This document shows, piece by piece, positions 26,395 to 35,056 of a DNA stretch of 35,056 nt. The notes under the pieces are model-generated. The model saw only the letters and a list, made by a program, of their open reading frames with translations. It did no database searches and was not told the origin of the DNA. Positions within the stretch are counted from its first letter, which is position 1. The number at the start of each line of letters is the position of its first letter. The DNA comes from an uncultured archaeon (GTDB lineage: Archaea; Nanohalarchaeota; Nanosalinia; Nanosalinales; Nanosalinaceae), in NCBI GenBank assembly GCA_964421955.1, contig CAYQYU010000011.1:1-35056 (forward strand). Direction: 5' to 3'. A program made the position numbers and the translations under genes.

Positions 26395-28314
26395 CTAGCC
26401 AAGAAAGTCCGGCTCCAGCCTCTTCTCCTCAACCTCTTCCTTGAGATGAGACCGGAACTCTTCGACGGAGAAGCCTCTATCTTCGTTCTCTTCCCTGTCC
26501 CTGACCGAGATCTCGTTCTCGCTTTCCTCGTCATCCCCTACGATTAGCATGTATGGCACGCGGTCATCGTGTGCAGCCTGGATCTTCTTCCCGACCGTCC
26601 ACGACCGATCTTCAATCTCGACCCGGAAATCCTCAAGCTCTTCCCTGATCTCCCTGGCGTATTCAAGGTTGTCATCCGTCACGGGCAGAACCCTGACCTG
26701 TTCCGGTGCGAGCCATGACGGAAAGTTGCCCTCAAACTGTTCGATAAGCACCATCAGGAAACGCTCGTACGAGCCGTAGAGAGCTCGGTGGATCATTACG
26801 GGTCGGTGTTCCTGGTTGTCCTCGCCCACGTATGTCAGGTCGAACCGTTCAGGCATGTTGAAGTCGATCTGAACCGTTGGCCCATCCCATTTTCTCCCGA
26901 TGGCATCTGTAAAAGCAACATCGATTTTGGGGCCGTAGAACGCTCCTTCTCCCTCTTCAAAGCCGTAATCGAGGCCAAGTTCTTCAAGGACTTCCTCAAG
27001 TGCGGATTCAGATTTTTCCCAGACCTCATCGCTACCCATGGATTTCTCGGGTCTCGTGGCTAGGAAGTATTCTGTCTCCATGTTGAATACGTTGAGAACT
27101 GTCTCGATGTTCTCCATGATCTGAAGAATCTCCTGCTTGATCTGGTCGGGTCTGACAAACAGGTGTGCATCATCTATCGTAAAAGCCCAGACGCGCGAAA
27201 GCCCCGAGAGCTCTCCGCTCTGCTCTTTCCTGTAGACCTTTCCGTTCTCGGCGTAACGTACCGGTAGATCCTTGTAACTCCATTTTCTCTGCTTGAATAT
27301 CGTGGCGTGTCCCGGGCAGTTCATAGGCTTGAGACCGTACTCTTCCTCGTTCACCTCAAGAAGGAACATGTCATCCTGGTAGTTCTCATAGTGACCAGAT
27401 TCTTTCCATAGCTCTGTCCGGAAGATATGTGGTGTCTCGACAAAATCATAACCCTGGCTCCTGTTCATGGTATCCACAAAGTTTCTCAGCTCTGAAAGAA
27501 CTGTCTCTCCGTTCGGATGGTAGAGCGGCAGACCGGGACCAGTGACCTCGGGTATCGAGAACAGGTCCATCTCCTGCCCGATCTTTCGATGGTCTCTCTT
27601 TTCGGCTTCTCGCCTTCGTTCAAGAAATTCTTCCAGCTCTTCCTCTGTCGGAAACGCGGTTCCGTAGACGCGTGTCAGCATCTGGTTGTCCTCGTCACCT
27701 CTCCAGTAAGCGCCAGCTATCTCGAGGAGCTTGAATCCGCCGATTTCTCCTGTTGAGGAGACATGAGGTCCTTTACAGAGATCTTTGAATTCTCCCTGCT
27801 GGTAGAAGCTGATCTCGTCGCCGCCAGATGCTTCCTCGTCAAGTATTTCTCTTTTGAAACGGTTGTCATCGTAGAATTCTTCTGCTTCTTCCCGGGATAG
27901 TATCTCCCGCTCTATGTCCAGGTCTTCCCGGATAATTTTCTCGGCTTCCTCCTCGATCTCTTCCAGATCTTCTTTGTCAAGTTCAACGTTTGAAATATCG
28001 TAGTAGAAGCCTTCATCCGTCCATGGTCCTATCGTCAATCTGGCTTCTGGATAAAGCCGCTTCAGCGCCTGGGCGAAGACATGTGCAGCACTATGCCTCA
28101 GGACCTCGATGTACTTCTCGGAGTCCTCAGTAACTATTCTCAGGCTGTCGCCGTCTTCCAGCTCTGCTTCTTTCGCCACCAGTTCCTCATTCACGATTCC
28201 TGCAACGGTGTCGTTTCCTAGGCCTTCGCCAATTTCATAAGCAGCGTCCTCTACTGTCGCGTTTTCTTCAAGTTCCAGTTTTGATCCATCGGGAAGCTCT
28301 ACTTCAGTACTCAT
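26395..28314 (-). CDS. thrS: Threonine--tRNA ligase (bacterial-type, TGS + editing domain)
   Basis: LPDGS TGS start, [52 protein letters not shown]. Confidence 0.98.
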   Translation of the reverse strand: MSTEVELPDGSKLELEENATVEDAAYEIGEGLGNDTVAGIVNEELVAKEAELEDGDSLRIVTEDSEKYIEVLRHSAAHVFAQALKRLYPEARLTIGPWTDEGFYYDISNVELDKEDLEEIEEEAEKIIREDLDIEREILSREEAEEFYDDNRFKREILDEEASGGDEISFYQQGEFKDLCKGPHVSSTGEIGGFKLLEIAGAYWRGDEDNQMLTRVYGTAFPTEEELEEFLERRREAEKRDHRKIGQEMDLFSIPEVTGPGLPLYHPNGETVLSELRNFVDTMNRSQGYDFVETPHIFRTELWKESGHYENYQDDMFLLEVNEEEYGLKPMNCPGHATIFKQRKWSYKDLPVRYAENGKVYRKEQSGELSGLSRVWAFTIDDAHLFVRPDQIKQEILQIMENIETVLNVFNMETEYFLATRPEKSMGSDEVWEKSESALEEVLEELGLDYGFEEGEGAFYGPKIDVAFTDAIGRKWDGPTVQIDFNMPERFDLTYVGEDNQEHRPVMIHRALYGSYERFLMVLIEQFEGNFPSWLAPEQVRVLPVTDDNLEYAREIREELEDFRVEIEDRSWTVGKKIQAAHDDRVPYMLIVGDDEESENEISVRDREENEDRGFSVEEFRSHLKEEVEEKRLEPDFLG

Positions 28315-28395
28315 AGAGAACCACTGCGAGAAGAATTATTTAAACGGTTTTGATTACGGTAGAAGGAAAAAGAAAAAGAAAAACGAGAGTTGGTT

Positions 28396-29001
28396 TTACT
28401 GGACCGCTGCTCCCTGGAGCAGGGATGCCATCATGGCGCCCGCCACTATCCCCAGTAGAAGAAGGAGAATAGCTACGATAACCGCAGGCGCCAGGATCGC
28501 GACAAGAGCTCTTCCTGTAGAAAGCTCCTGGAAGCTCTCCAGCCCTCTTACCTGGATGTAGATACCGTAGATCCCCAGCACGAGGCTGACAATACCTCCT
28601 GCAACAGGGACAAACGATGCCAGGGCTGTAATCGGTGAAAGCGCGGAAGCGTACTCAAACGCCGAAAGCGTCTGTCCGTAGCCCCGTTCACCGCCGAGCA
28701 GCATCACAAAGATATGTACCAGTCCCGCTCCTATCATCAGGAATGCAATTCCCAGTATAGGAGCCAGAACCAGGGTCACCGCGGCAGCGACTGCTCTCCC
28801 TTCAACTGGGAGTGCAGCGCCTGCCTGAGGCCCCATGACAAATATCCTGGCTGCGTTGAGCACTGCAGCCAGAATCAGCGATACTGCCGCAAACTTCAGA
28901 GGGTACCCGAAGCCGTCATCTCTTGTCTCTTGACTCAGGTACTCGGTTGGTCCAGTAACTACTTCTTGAAACGTCTCTAACCATTCCTCCATTAAGCTCA
29001 T
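28396..29001 (-). CDS. YIP1-family membrane protein
   Basis: VVTGPTEY start, five TM helices, LLGGERGYGQTL, LSTGRALVAIL. Confidence 0.8.
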   Translation of the reverse strand: MSLMEEWLETFQEVVTGPTEYLSQETRDDGFGYPLKFAAVSLILAAVLNAARIFVMGPQAGAALPVEGRAVAAAVTLVLAPILGIAFLMIGAGLVHIFVMLLGGERGYGQTLSAFEYASALSPITALASFVPVAGGIVSLVLGIYGIYIQVRGLESFQELSTGRALVAILAPAVIVAILLLLLGIVAGAMMASLLQGAAVQ

Positions 29002-29084
29002 CACTCAAAAATATGTTTTATGCGCTTATAATTTAGGGGGGGCTTTACAGCTGGTTTTTAAGCTTTCAGCCCCTCTTTCTTCAC

Positions 29085-29597
29085 ATGATCAAGATCCTGA
29101 GACTTGGACATAGAGCGGGAAGAGACGACAGGGTCTCCACCCATGTGGGACTGACCGCGAGACAGTGGGGTGCGGAAAAGATAATCTACTCCGGTGAGAG
29201 AGACCGCTCGATGATGGAAAGTTTAGAGGATACTGTCGAACGCTGGGGCGGCCCGTTTGAGGTAGAGTACCGGGAGGACTGGAGGAGGGTTATCAAAGAG
29301 TTCGACGGCCTGAAGGTTCACCTGACCATGTACGGCGAGAGGTTCGATGAGAAGCAACACGAAATCGAGGAATCTGTGGAAGACCGGGATCTTCTCGTGA
29401 TTGTCGGCGCGGAGAAGGTGCCCCGTTGGGTGTACAAAAACGTGGACTACAACATCTCTGTCGGCAACCAGCCACACTCCGAGATTGCAGCGCTAGCAGT
29501 TTTCCTCGACAGGATCGGGCAGTTGAAACAGGATTTTGAAGGAGGGGAGATAGAGGTCTTGCCCTCTGAGGACCAGAAACTGACTGAGGAAAAGTAG
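29085..29597 (+). CDS. trm56: tRNA (cytidine(56)-2'-O)-methyltransferase
   Basis: LRLGHR..RDDRVSTHVGLTAR, VHLTMYG, VGAEKVP, VGNQPHSEIAALAVFLD. Confidence 0.96.
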   Translation: MIKILRLGHRAGRDDRVSTHVGLTARQWGAEKIIYSGERDRSMMESLEDTVERWGGPFEVEYREDWRRVIKEFDGLKVHLTMYGERFDEKQHEIEESVEDRDLLVIVGAEKVPRWVYKNVDYNISVGNQPHSEIAALAVFLDRIGQLKQDFEGGEIEVLPSEDQKLTEEK

Positions 29598-29628
29598 TAG
29601 ACGAACATATAAGATTAGACGTATTCTC

Positions 29629-30069
29629 ATGGATATGGACATACCCCAATCACGCTTCAAGGCAGCCCTGGATTCGTCTCCTTTTGGTCCTACAGTGGTC
29701 GTAGAAGTCTACTCGCGCGAGGAAAATCCTGACCTTGGATATCTCAGAGAACTCGAATCACTTACTGACATGAAGCAGCGGAGTCCGGAGGAGCTCGTTT
29801 TTGAATGTGAAGCGGAGGAGTACGAATTCAGGTTCGAGCTGGAATCTGACTTTACCAATAGATATGAGGCGGCCTTTGAGCACGCGGTCCACAGCCATGA
29901 GCCTTCCGAGTATCCTGTAAACGACCCTCTCTATGTAATAGAACTCCACGAAATGACCGATATGGGTCTGGAGACGGAAGTGGCAAGATACGATGGAGAG
30001 GTCCCTGGATACCTGATAACAGCGTTCAGCCAGCTCCACTCGACAGCTTACCAGAACATGATCGACTAG
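29629..30069 (+). CDS. Hypothetical acidic protein
   Basis: 146-aa ORF with CATATAAG TATA-like box upstream. Confidence 0.7.
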   Translation: MDMDIPQSRFKAALDSSPFGPTVVVEVYSREENPDLGYLRELESLTDMKQRSPEELVFECEAEEYEFRFELESDFTNRYEAAFEHAVHSHEPSEYPVNDPLYVIELHEMTDMGLETEVARYDGEVPGYLITAFSQLHSTAYQNMID

Positions 30070-30075
30070 TTTCAC

Positions 30076-30984
30076 TCACTCGGGCCGGTGAGGCTTGATC
30101 TCGAAATGCTTCCCGTCTTCTCCAAGTACCGTGTTCTCAAAGACTTCCCTCGCTTCCTCAAGAAGCTCTTTCTCCTTTCCGCCCCTGTAGCGCCGGGAAA
30201 GGTGTGTCAGCACAAGCCGGTCAACGCCCGCCTCCTTCGCGATCTCCGCCGCCTGTCTTGCCGAGGTGTGGCCTCTCCTGTCTTCGATCATCTCGTGTGC
30301 CACTGTTGACTCGTGGATCAGGAGGTCCGCATCCTCCGACTTCTTAACCATGTTCTCACATTTCGCGGTGTCGCCGGAATAAACAACTTTCCGGCCCGGG
30401 ACTTTTTCCACTACTTCTTCAGGCTCGACGGTCTCTCCCTCCCACTCGATACTCTCGCCCGATTTCAGCTTGCCTATCTTCGGCGAGCTGCCAAGTCCAA
30501 GCTCCTCCATTTTCTGCTTGTTGGCCTTGACCTGGTCTTCCTCTATGAAGCTGTACCCGAAGGCGTTGATGCCGTGTTCGACCTCGAAGGGTATAACCTC
30601 GTAGCCCTCGCCCGCGACGACATCGCCCTCGACCAGGTCTTCTGCGAAAATATCGTAGTTTCTCTGGAAGTAACCGGTGTCAAGCAGCCGCTCAGTGAAC
30701 TCTTCAGTCCTCGGCGGCCCGTAGATGTAGAGCGGGTGTTCGCGACCCTCCATCTCCATGGTCTGTATCAAACCTAGTAACCCGGAGAAGTGGTCGGCGT
30801 GCCAGTGAGTTATGAATACCCTGGAGATCTTCATCAACCCGAGCTTGTCCATCATCATCCTTCTCTGCGCGCCCTCGCCACAGTCAAACAGCAGCCGCTC
30901 ACCGTCAAAGTTCACCATATTGCACGGAAGCGACCTTTCCCGGGTAGGAACAGCGCTCGAAGTCCCGATAGTCCATACGTCCAT
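30076..30984 (-). CDS. rnz: Ribonuclease Z
   Basis: GTSSAVPT, LFDCGEG, THWHADH, YSGDT, LIHEST, GHTS, LTHLSRRY; start at ATG 30984. Confidence 0.97.
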   Translation of the reverse strand: MDVWTIGTSSAVPTRERSLPCNMVNFDGERLLFDCGEGAQRRMMMDKLGLMKISRVFITHWHADHFSGLLGLIQTMEMEGREHPLYIYGPPRTEEFTERLLDTGYFQRNYDIFAEDLVEGDVVAGEGYEVIPFEVEHGINAFGYSFIEEDQVKANKQKMEELGLGSSPKIGKLKSGESIEWEGETVEPEEVVEKVPGRKVVYSGDTAKCENMVKKSEDADLLIHESTVAHEMIEDRRGHTSARQAAEIAKEAGVDRLVLTHLSRRYRGGKEKELLEEAREVFENTVLGEDGKHFEIKPHRPE

Positions 30985-31065
30985 AATTTTATGGGTGACG
31001 GGTAGCTTTGTATTTCCTTTGCCACCGCCGGAAAGTATAAGGCGTTCGGCTAACAACTGACCGAC

Positions 31066-31296
31066 GTGGCAATATCAGCTAACCAGGGAAGAGACTCGGT
31101 GGCCAAGCTGGTGTACGAGGAAGAAACCGTGGACCTGAGCGAGTACCGTCACATGGATAAAGGCGGTAAAGCAACCATCTACAGCACCTACAACGGCTCC
31201 TCCACCAATGAATGGATCGAAAGCCCCGACCCTGTCGACCTGGAAAGAGACGCTGAAGTCGACGAACAGCTCGAAGAACTGCTGGCGAGGCATTGA
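31066..31296 (+). CDS. Small hypothetical protein resembling short haloarchaeal DUF7331/DUF7511-type proteins
   Basis: ATIY...NEWIES..PVDLE pattern; TATAAG upstream; GTG start. Family assignment from memory only. Confidence 0.55.
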   Translation: MAISANQGRDSVAKLVYEEETVDLSEYRHMDKGGKATIYSTYNGSSTNEWIESPDPVDLERDAEVDEQLEELLARH

Positions 31297-31375
31297 ACAA
31301 AGCCGCGCCGCAGTAGTCCGGAACCTGGATAGATTGTAAAAGGAAAATGAGAAGAGAAAGGTTATAAGAACTCTT

Positions 31376-31855
31376 CTAGGCGGAAGTGAGTTCTAAATAG
31401 GCGTCTCCTTCAGTGTCAGGATTCTCATCTATTGCTAGTGCTCTTCCTATCTCTGAATCGTATTGCTCTCCTACAAACATTACGTCTTCTGTCTCAAAAT
31501 TCCATCCGCCTTCGTATTCGCCTTCAAGCTGCTCAGGTGCTTGGTAAGGTTCATTTAGTTCCTCTGTTCTTTCTAGTAGCCAGTGAACCGAAGCCATTAT
31601 TGGACTTTTTGGCTGTTTAACAAACTCTAGAACAGGTGTGTATCCGTCTTGGTCTTCTGGAACTCCAACTGCTCCTTTGACGCTTTTTTGAGTAGTTCCT
31701 CCAGGACCTACATCTGTAACTTCTCCGACTACTACATCCGTGTCTCGAGCTTCCAAATCCTGGACCTCAAGAGTTCCTTCTGTTTTACCTTCAGCACCTT
31801 GAAACGTGTATCCGCCTTCGACTTGAAATTCCATAACTAAGTAATTTTCATCCAC
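31376..31855 (-). CDS. Hypothetical acidic beta-rich protein
   Basis: 159-aa ORF with alternating beta-strand pattern and GEYEGGW; start may be ATG 31834. Confidence 0.7.
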   Translation of the reverse strand: MDENYLVMEFQVEGGYTFQGAEGKTEGTLEVQDLEARDTDVVVGEVTDVGPGGTTQKSVKGAVGVPEDQDGYTPVLEFVKQPKSPIMASVHWLLERTEELNEPYQAPEQLEGEYEGGWNFETEDVMFVGEQYDSEIGRALAIDENPDTEGDAYLELTSA

Positions 31856-31937
31856 TAAAAGTAATAAAAGACTCGGGCTTTGTTGATTAAGTAAGCTGAA
31901 TACGGCACTTTCTCAACACAACAGCCCAAACCGGCTT

Positions 31938-31994
31938 TGCACAAACCCTCCCTTTCTGCACAATTTTTGCACAAAAATATCAACCTTTGCACAA
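31938..31994 (+). repeat. Four direct repeats of TGCACAA
   Basis: Copies at 31938, 31957, 31968 and 31988 (spacings 19, 11, 20), three preceded by TT. Confidence 0.85.
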
Positions 31995-32006
31995 TAATTC
32001 AGAGAT

Positions 32007-32285
32007 ATGCAGGACAAGTTCGAGGAACTACTGGAAACCAAAGATCGAGACAGGAAAGCAGAACTTGAAGCATTTTTCTTAAAGAAGACAACTGAAAGGC
32101 TCAGTTCTACTGACAAGGAATCGGCTTTGAAGGCGGCTGCCCGCTTTGACCGCTTCAAGAAAGAAGCAGAACAAGGAGGAGAAATCCACTTAAAACAACT
32201 ATTCGGAGCATTAAGCCAATCAGTTAAAGACAAGTTTCTGGATAGGAAAGAAGATTTAGGAGAAACAAACTTAGATAACTATTGA
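32007..32285 (+). CDS. Hypothetical helical protein (92 aa)
   Basis: Charged helical ORF starting 12 nt after the last TGCACAA repeat. Confidence 0.65.
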   Translation: MQDKFEELLETKDRDRKAELEAFFLKKTTERLSSTDKESALKAAARFDRFKKEAEQGGEIHLKQLFGALSQSVKDKFLDRKEDLGETNLDNY

Positions 32286-32400
32286 ATTTTATACCAGCAT
32301 TCAAAACATTATTTTTTCAGCCCGAAAGGGCGATGAGCTAAGAGTTCACACCGTTGGGATAAAAGAAAAGTCTAAAAAAATTCACAGAAAAACCTCTAAT

Positions 32401-33018
32401 ATGACTGTTCAATTTCACTATGGAGAAAACGGATTTTATCCTGAGAGGATTGAAACTGAAAGATTAACTTTGCAAAGGGTTTCTTTGGAAGATTATTCGA
32501 TTGATGAAGTATTTGAATTTATGAGTTCTGAAGGAGTTGAGAAAGCATTCGAAACCTATCCATATGAAACACCTAACAGTATCGAGGAAGCAAGAAAGTA
32601 TCTGGAGAAGAGAGAATACGATAATGAGCGGGAAGAAAACAGTATGTATTTGGTTAAATTAGAGGATTCTGAAGACCCATTTATAGGTCTTGAAGGAATT
32701 AAGAAAAAAGAAGGCGATATCGCTGAAATCGGGTTCTGGATTTCAGCAGACTACTGGGGAAACGCATACTCACCAGAGGCTTCTGAAGCGATACTTGAAT
32801 TATTACTTGGTGAAAAGGATTTCGAAAAGGTAGAAGTCCAGACTCGAAAAAGTAATGAGAAAGCACAGAGAGCAATTGAGAAATTTATACAGCCCCACGG
32901 CGGAAAGAAGGTAGGAGAAATAGAAACAACTTTAGCAGAAGCCACGGAATTTTCAGAAAGTGATGAGAAAATTATGGAAGTTACATACGAGATAACAAGA
33001 AAGGATTATCAGAACTAA
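32401..33018 (+). CDS. GNAT acetyltransferase, RimJ/RimL family
   Basis: IETERLTL, AEIGFWISADYWGNAYSPEA, NEKAQRAIEK. Confidence 0.88.
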   Translation: MTVQFHYGENGFYPERIETERLTLQRVSLEDYSIDEVFEFMSSEGVEKAFETYPYETPNSIEEARKYLEKREYDNEREENSMYLVKLEDSEDPFIGLEGIKKKEGDIAEIGFWISADYWGNAYSPEASEAILELLLGEKDFEKVEVQTRKSNEKAQRAIEKFIQPHGGKKVGEIETTLAEATEFSESDEKIMEVTYEITRKDYQN

Positions 33019-34364
33019 TTTTCTTTCTCAAATCTGTGACCTAAATAGTAGAATACTTTGCTTCCATCTTCTTCTCTGAACTCTATTGGTGTTGGATTCC
33101 TTTGACCGCTTTCCGATTTGCTCCAGAACTCCAGATTCTCTTCTTTATGGTCATCAGGTTCTAATCTTGTTTCAAAGGATTCTACCTCGGACTGGAGAGA
33201 TAATTTGAGGTGTGGATGTGATTCTTCGACCTCGAACTTCCAAACTCCTGCTTTATCAGAGTATGTTCCCTCAAGAGATTTCAATTTTTTATTGAGACTG
33301 AAGAAAGGAACTTTATCTGGAGACCGTCCTTTGAGAATTGAAAAGACTGCGAAAGCAATGTTTGAAGGATAAAAAGGAGTATTACTGTTTACCATCACCA
33401 TCACTCCATCCTCTTCACCGAAGACAATTCCTGCACTTGAGTTCTGAACTATGCCTCCGTGACAGTATACAGTTTGGTCAAGAAATTCAGTTTGATAAAG
33501 TCCGAAGCAGTAATTTCCATCATTATTGATTGATGCTCCAGGACTCGCTGAAACTTGAGGTTCAGTAAGCTTTTCGGCGTTTGGCTTAGACAAAAATGAA
33601 TTTTCTTCAAATCTACCATCTACGAGAAATGATACATAATTGGCAGCGTCATTGGAGTTTAGAAAAAGACCTCCTGCTGGGTTGAAAGCAAATCCTTCCG
33701 GGTATGAACTTTCTTTCAATTTGGAATCCGATATTCTGTAGGGCGTAGCGACATTTTCATCGGCTTGAGAAAGGCTAAATGAACCGTCCTTAATACCTAA
33801 ATGAGGAAGTAATTCTTCTTCAACATATTTCTCGTAAGGTTTACCAACTACTTCGCTAATCACAGTTCCGAGTACGGTATAACCAGAATTGTAATAGAGT
33901 TTGGTCTCTCCTGGCTCGAAATTTGAGTCAACAGTATTCTGATTCAAATACTCAAGAAATCCTTCACGGTTGTCGAGTTCATAGTCATAATCTGCAGCAT
34001 CAAACTCCTCTTCCACAATCACTTCTGCTATTGAATCAGATGGTATTCCTGAACTGTGGCTTAAAAGATGTTTTAATTGAACCTTATCAAATTCAGAAGG
34101 AAGCTCTTCAACATAATCGGCGGGAGAGTCATTTAGTTTTAATTTTCCTTCATTACACAGTTTAAGAACTGCGAGAGCGGTAAACGATTTCGTACAAGAA
34201 CCTATACAATATCTTGTTCTCTCTTTAGCTTTCTCTTTTCTCTCCTTATTCGAATCTCCTACTACTATAGTTTCTTTTTCTCCTTCAGAATAGATTCCGC
34301 AGGAGATAGATGGCAGATTATATTCCTCTATTAAGAACTCTAAGAAATCTTCTACTGATTCCAT
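33015..34364 (-). CDS. Beta-lactamase/PBP-fold serine hydrolase (class C/AmpC-like, Pab87-type peptidase)
   Basis: SCTK (SxxK), LLSHSSG, YYNSGY (YxN), PAGGL, HGG, plus a C-terminal beta domain; no signal peptide; start likely ATG 34364. Confidence 0.88.
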   Translation of the reverse strand: MESVEDFLEFLIEEYNLPSISCGIYSEGEKETIVVGDSNKERKEKAKERTRYCIGSCTKSFTALAVLKLCNEGKLKLNDSPADYVEELPSEFDKVQLKHLLSHSSGIPSDSIAEVIVEEEFDAADYDYELDNREGFLEYLNQNTVDSNFEPGETKLYYNSGYTVLGTVISEVVGKPYEKYVEEELLPHLGIKDGSFSLSQADENVATPYRISDSKLKESSYPEGFAFNPAGGLFLNSNDAANYVSFLVDGRFEENSFLSKPNAEKLTEPQVSASPGASINNDGNYCFGLYQTEFLDQTVYCHGGIVQNSSAGIVFGEEDGVMVMVNSNTPFYPSNIAFAVFSILKGRSPDKVPFFSLNKKLKSLEGTYSDKAGVWKFEVEESHPHLKLSLQSEVESFETRLEPDDHKEENLEFWSKSESGQRNPTPIEFREEDGSKVFYYLGHRFEKEN

Positions 34365-34403
34365 ATAAACTTCTTTGAAATGCACTATTATACATCTTCC
34401 ACT

Positions 34404-34628
34404 CTATCTTATTCTCCAGTATGTGGAGTTACCGTCTGTTCTTCTACGCAAGAACTGTTTGCCGTAAAGTCGTTTCAGGTATTTGTCTGCGGTTTGCCAA
34501 GACCAGTCTGCTCTCTCAGCCACTTGGTTGGTGTTAAGAGGTCTTCTGGCTGCATCAAGTATTCGTAAAACTTCTCTTTCTCTTTCATCCAGTTCTTCTA
34601 TCTCTTCGATTTCTTCTCCTTCAACCAT
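34404..34628 (-). CDS. Small winged helix-turn-helix regulator
   Basis: LDEREREVLRIL..ARRPLNTNQVAERADWSWQTADKYLKRL, wing STYW. Confidence 0.8.
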   Translation of the reverse strand: MVEGEEIEEIEELDEREREVLRILDAARRPLNTNQVAERADWSWQTADKYLKRLYGKQFLRRRTDGNSTYWRIR

Positions 34629-34896
34629 CTTCGGATCTCACCAGTTCAATATCAACTGTATTCTGTTTTTCAGGATACTCACGAGCTGTGAACTTAATTT
34701 TATGTTCTTTGCTTAGACCCACAATTTCGGCTATCTCCTTCGGAAAACGGACATAGAATTGCTCGCCGTCAAAACTCAGTGAGGCTGTTCTACTGATTTC
34801 ATTATAGGACTGCTCTATAGCCTTCTTCGCCTTTTCTGACGGCTCATAACCTTCTTCCCAGAAGTCGTCATCTTCCGAATCGTTTGATTTAGGCAT
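34621..34896 (-). CDS. AbrB/MazE/SpoVT-family DNA-binding protein
   Basis: SLSFDGEQFYVRFPKEIAEIVGLSKEHKIKF swapped-hairpin signature; overlaps the wHTH gene by 8 nt. Confidence 0.75.
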   Translation of the reverse strand: MPKSNDSEDDDFWEEGYEPSEKAKKAIEQSYNEISRTASLSFDGEQFYVRFPKEIAEIVGLSKEHKIKFTAREYPEKQNTVDIELVRSEDG

Positions 34897-34910
34897 ATTA
34901 TATCTATGGA

Positions 34911-35020
34911 TTTCGTTCGGTATAATATAAACCTGACGGATCGATTAAACGATTTCAAACGAAATAGTCACAGGATTTAAAAGATTTTCTTCTCAATAAT
35001 TCAAATAATATCGAACGAAA
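34911..35020. promoter_or_regulatory. Divergent promoter region with inverted repeat TTTCGTTCG / CGAACGAAA and internal AAACGA repeats
   Basis: Perfect 9-bp IR at 34911-34919 and 35012-35020; AAACGA at 34947 and 34957. Confidence 0.5.
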
Positions 35021-35033
35021 AGGTTTAACTAAA

Positions 35034-35056
35034 ATGACTGAATCAAACCGAGAACT
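35034..35056 (+). CDS. Possible start of a divergent gene (MTESNRE...), truncated
   Basis: ATG at 35034, open to the window end; only 7 codons visible. Confidence 0.3.

Larger units (their letters stand above)
31333..35056. mobile_element. AT-richer putative genomic island / integrated element, left end (continues beyond the window)
   Basis: Composition drop (37/60 G+C at 30241-30300 vs 17/60 at 32461-32520), orphans, repeat cluster, AbrB + wHTH pair; no integrase within the window. Confidence 0.6.

Noticed and set aside
32317-32336. GCCC-GAAA-GGGC tetraloop hairpin as ribozyme or ncRNA
   Set aside because: Only a 4-bp core stem with no catalytic core or further recognisable structure.
1-35056. 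CRISPR array, transposase, integrase, reverse transcriptase/DGR, complete tRNA or rRNA
   Set aside because: No regularly spaced 25-40 bp repeats, no catalytic motifs of these enzymes, and no full cloverleaf or rRNA-like stretch were seen by eye.

Overview
Archaeal chromosome segment, most consistent with a nanohaloarchaeon (DPANN). This taxonomy is inferred from the very acidic proteins, archaeal-type ribosomal proteins, compact gene packing and TATA boxes about 25 nt before start codons. The backbone (9.1-25.3 kb, minus strand) is the conserved archaeal translation/secretion gene string rps19e-PDCD5-rpl39e-rpl31e-eif6-rpl18a-pfdA-ftsY...srp54...pus10...rpl21e-rpo4-DUF655-rsmA-(pyrG)-HemK-like, interrupted by mostly plus-strand inserted genes. 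rpl39e and rpl18a are missing from the supplied ORF track and were read by hand. The left part carries two large surface proteins, DUF1512 and a TrmJ-like methylase. thrS, a YIP1 protein, trm56 and rnz follow on the right. From about 31.33 kb to the window end lies an AT-richer, probably acquired island (orphans, 4x TGCACAA repeats, GNAT, a beta-lactamase-fold peptidase and an AbrB + wHTH regulator pair); no integrase is visible. No complete tRNA, rRNA, CRISPR array or transposase was seen. I found no clearly complete new system. The best leads are a translationally coupled pair of apparent pseudoenzymes, an L31e with a fused C-terminal domain, an extreme A/C codon skew in the first gene, an AT-rich repeat element next to srp54, and the island edge.
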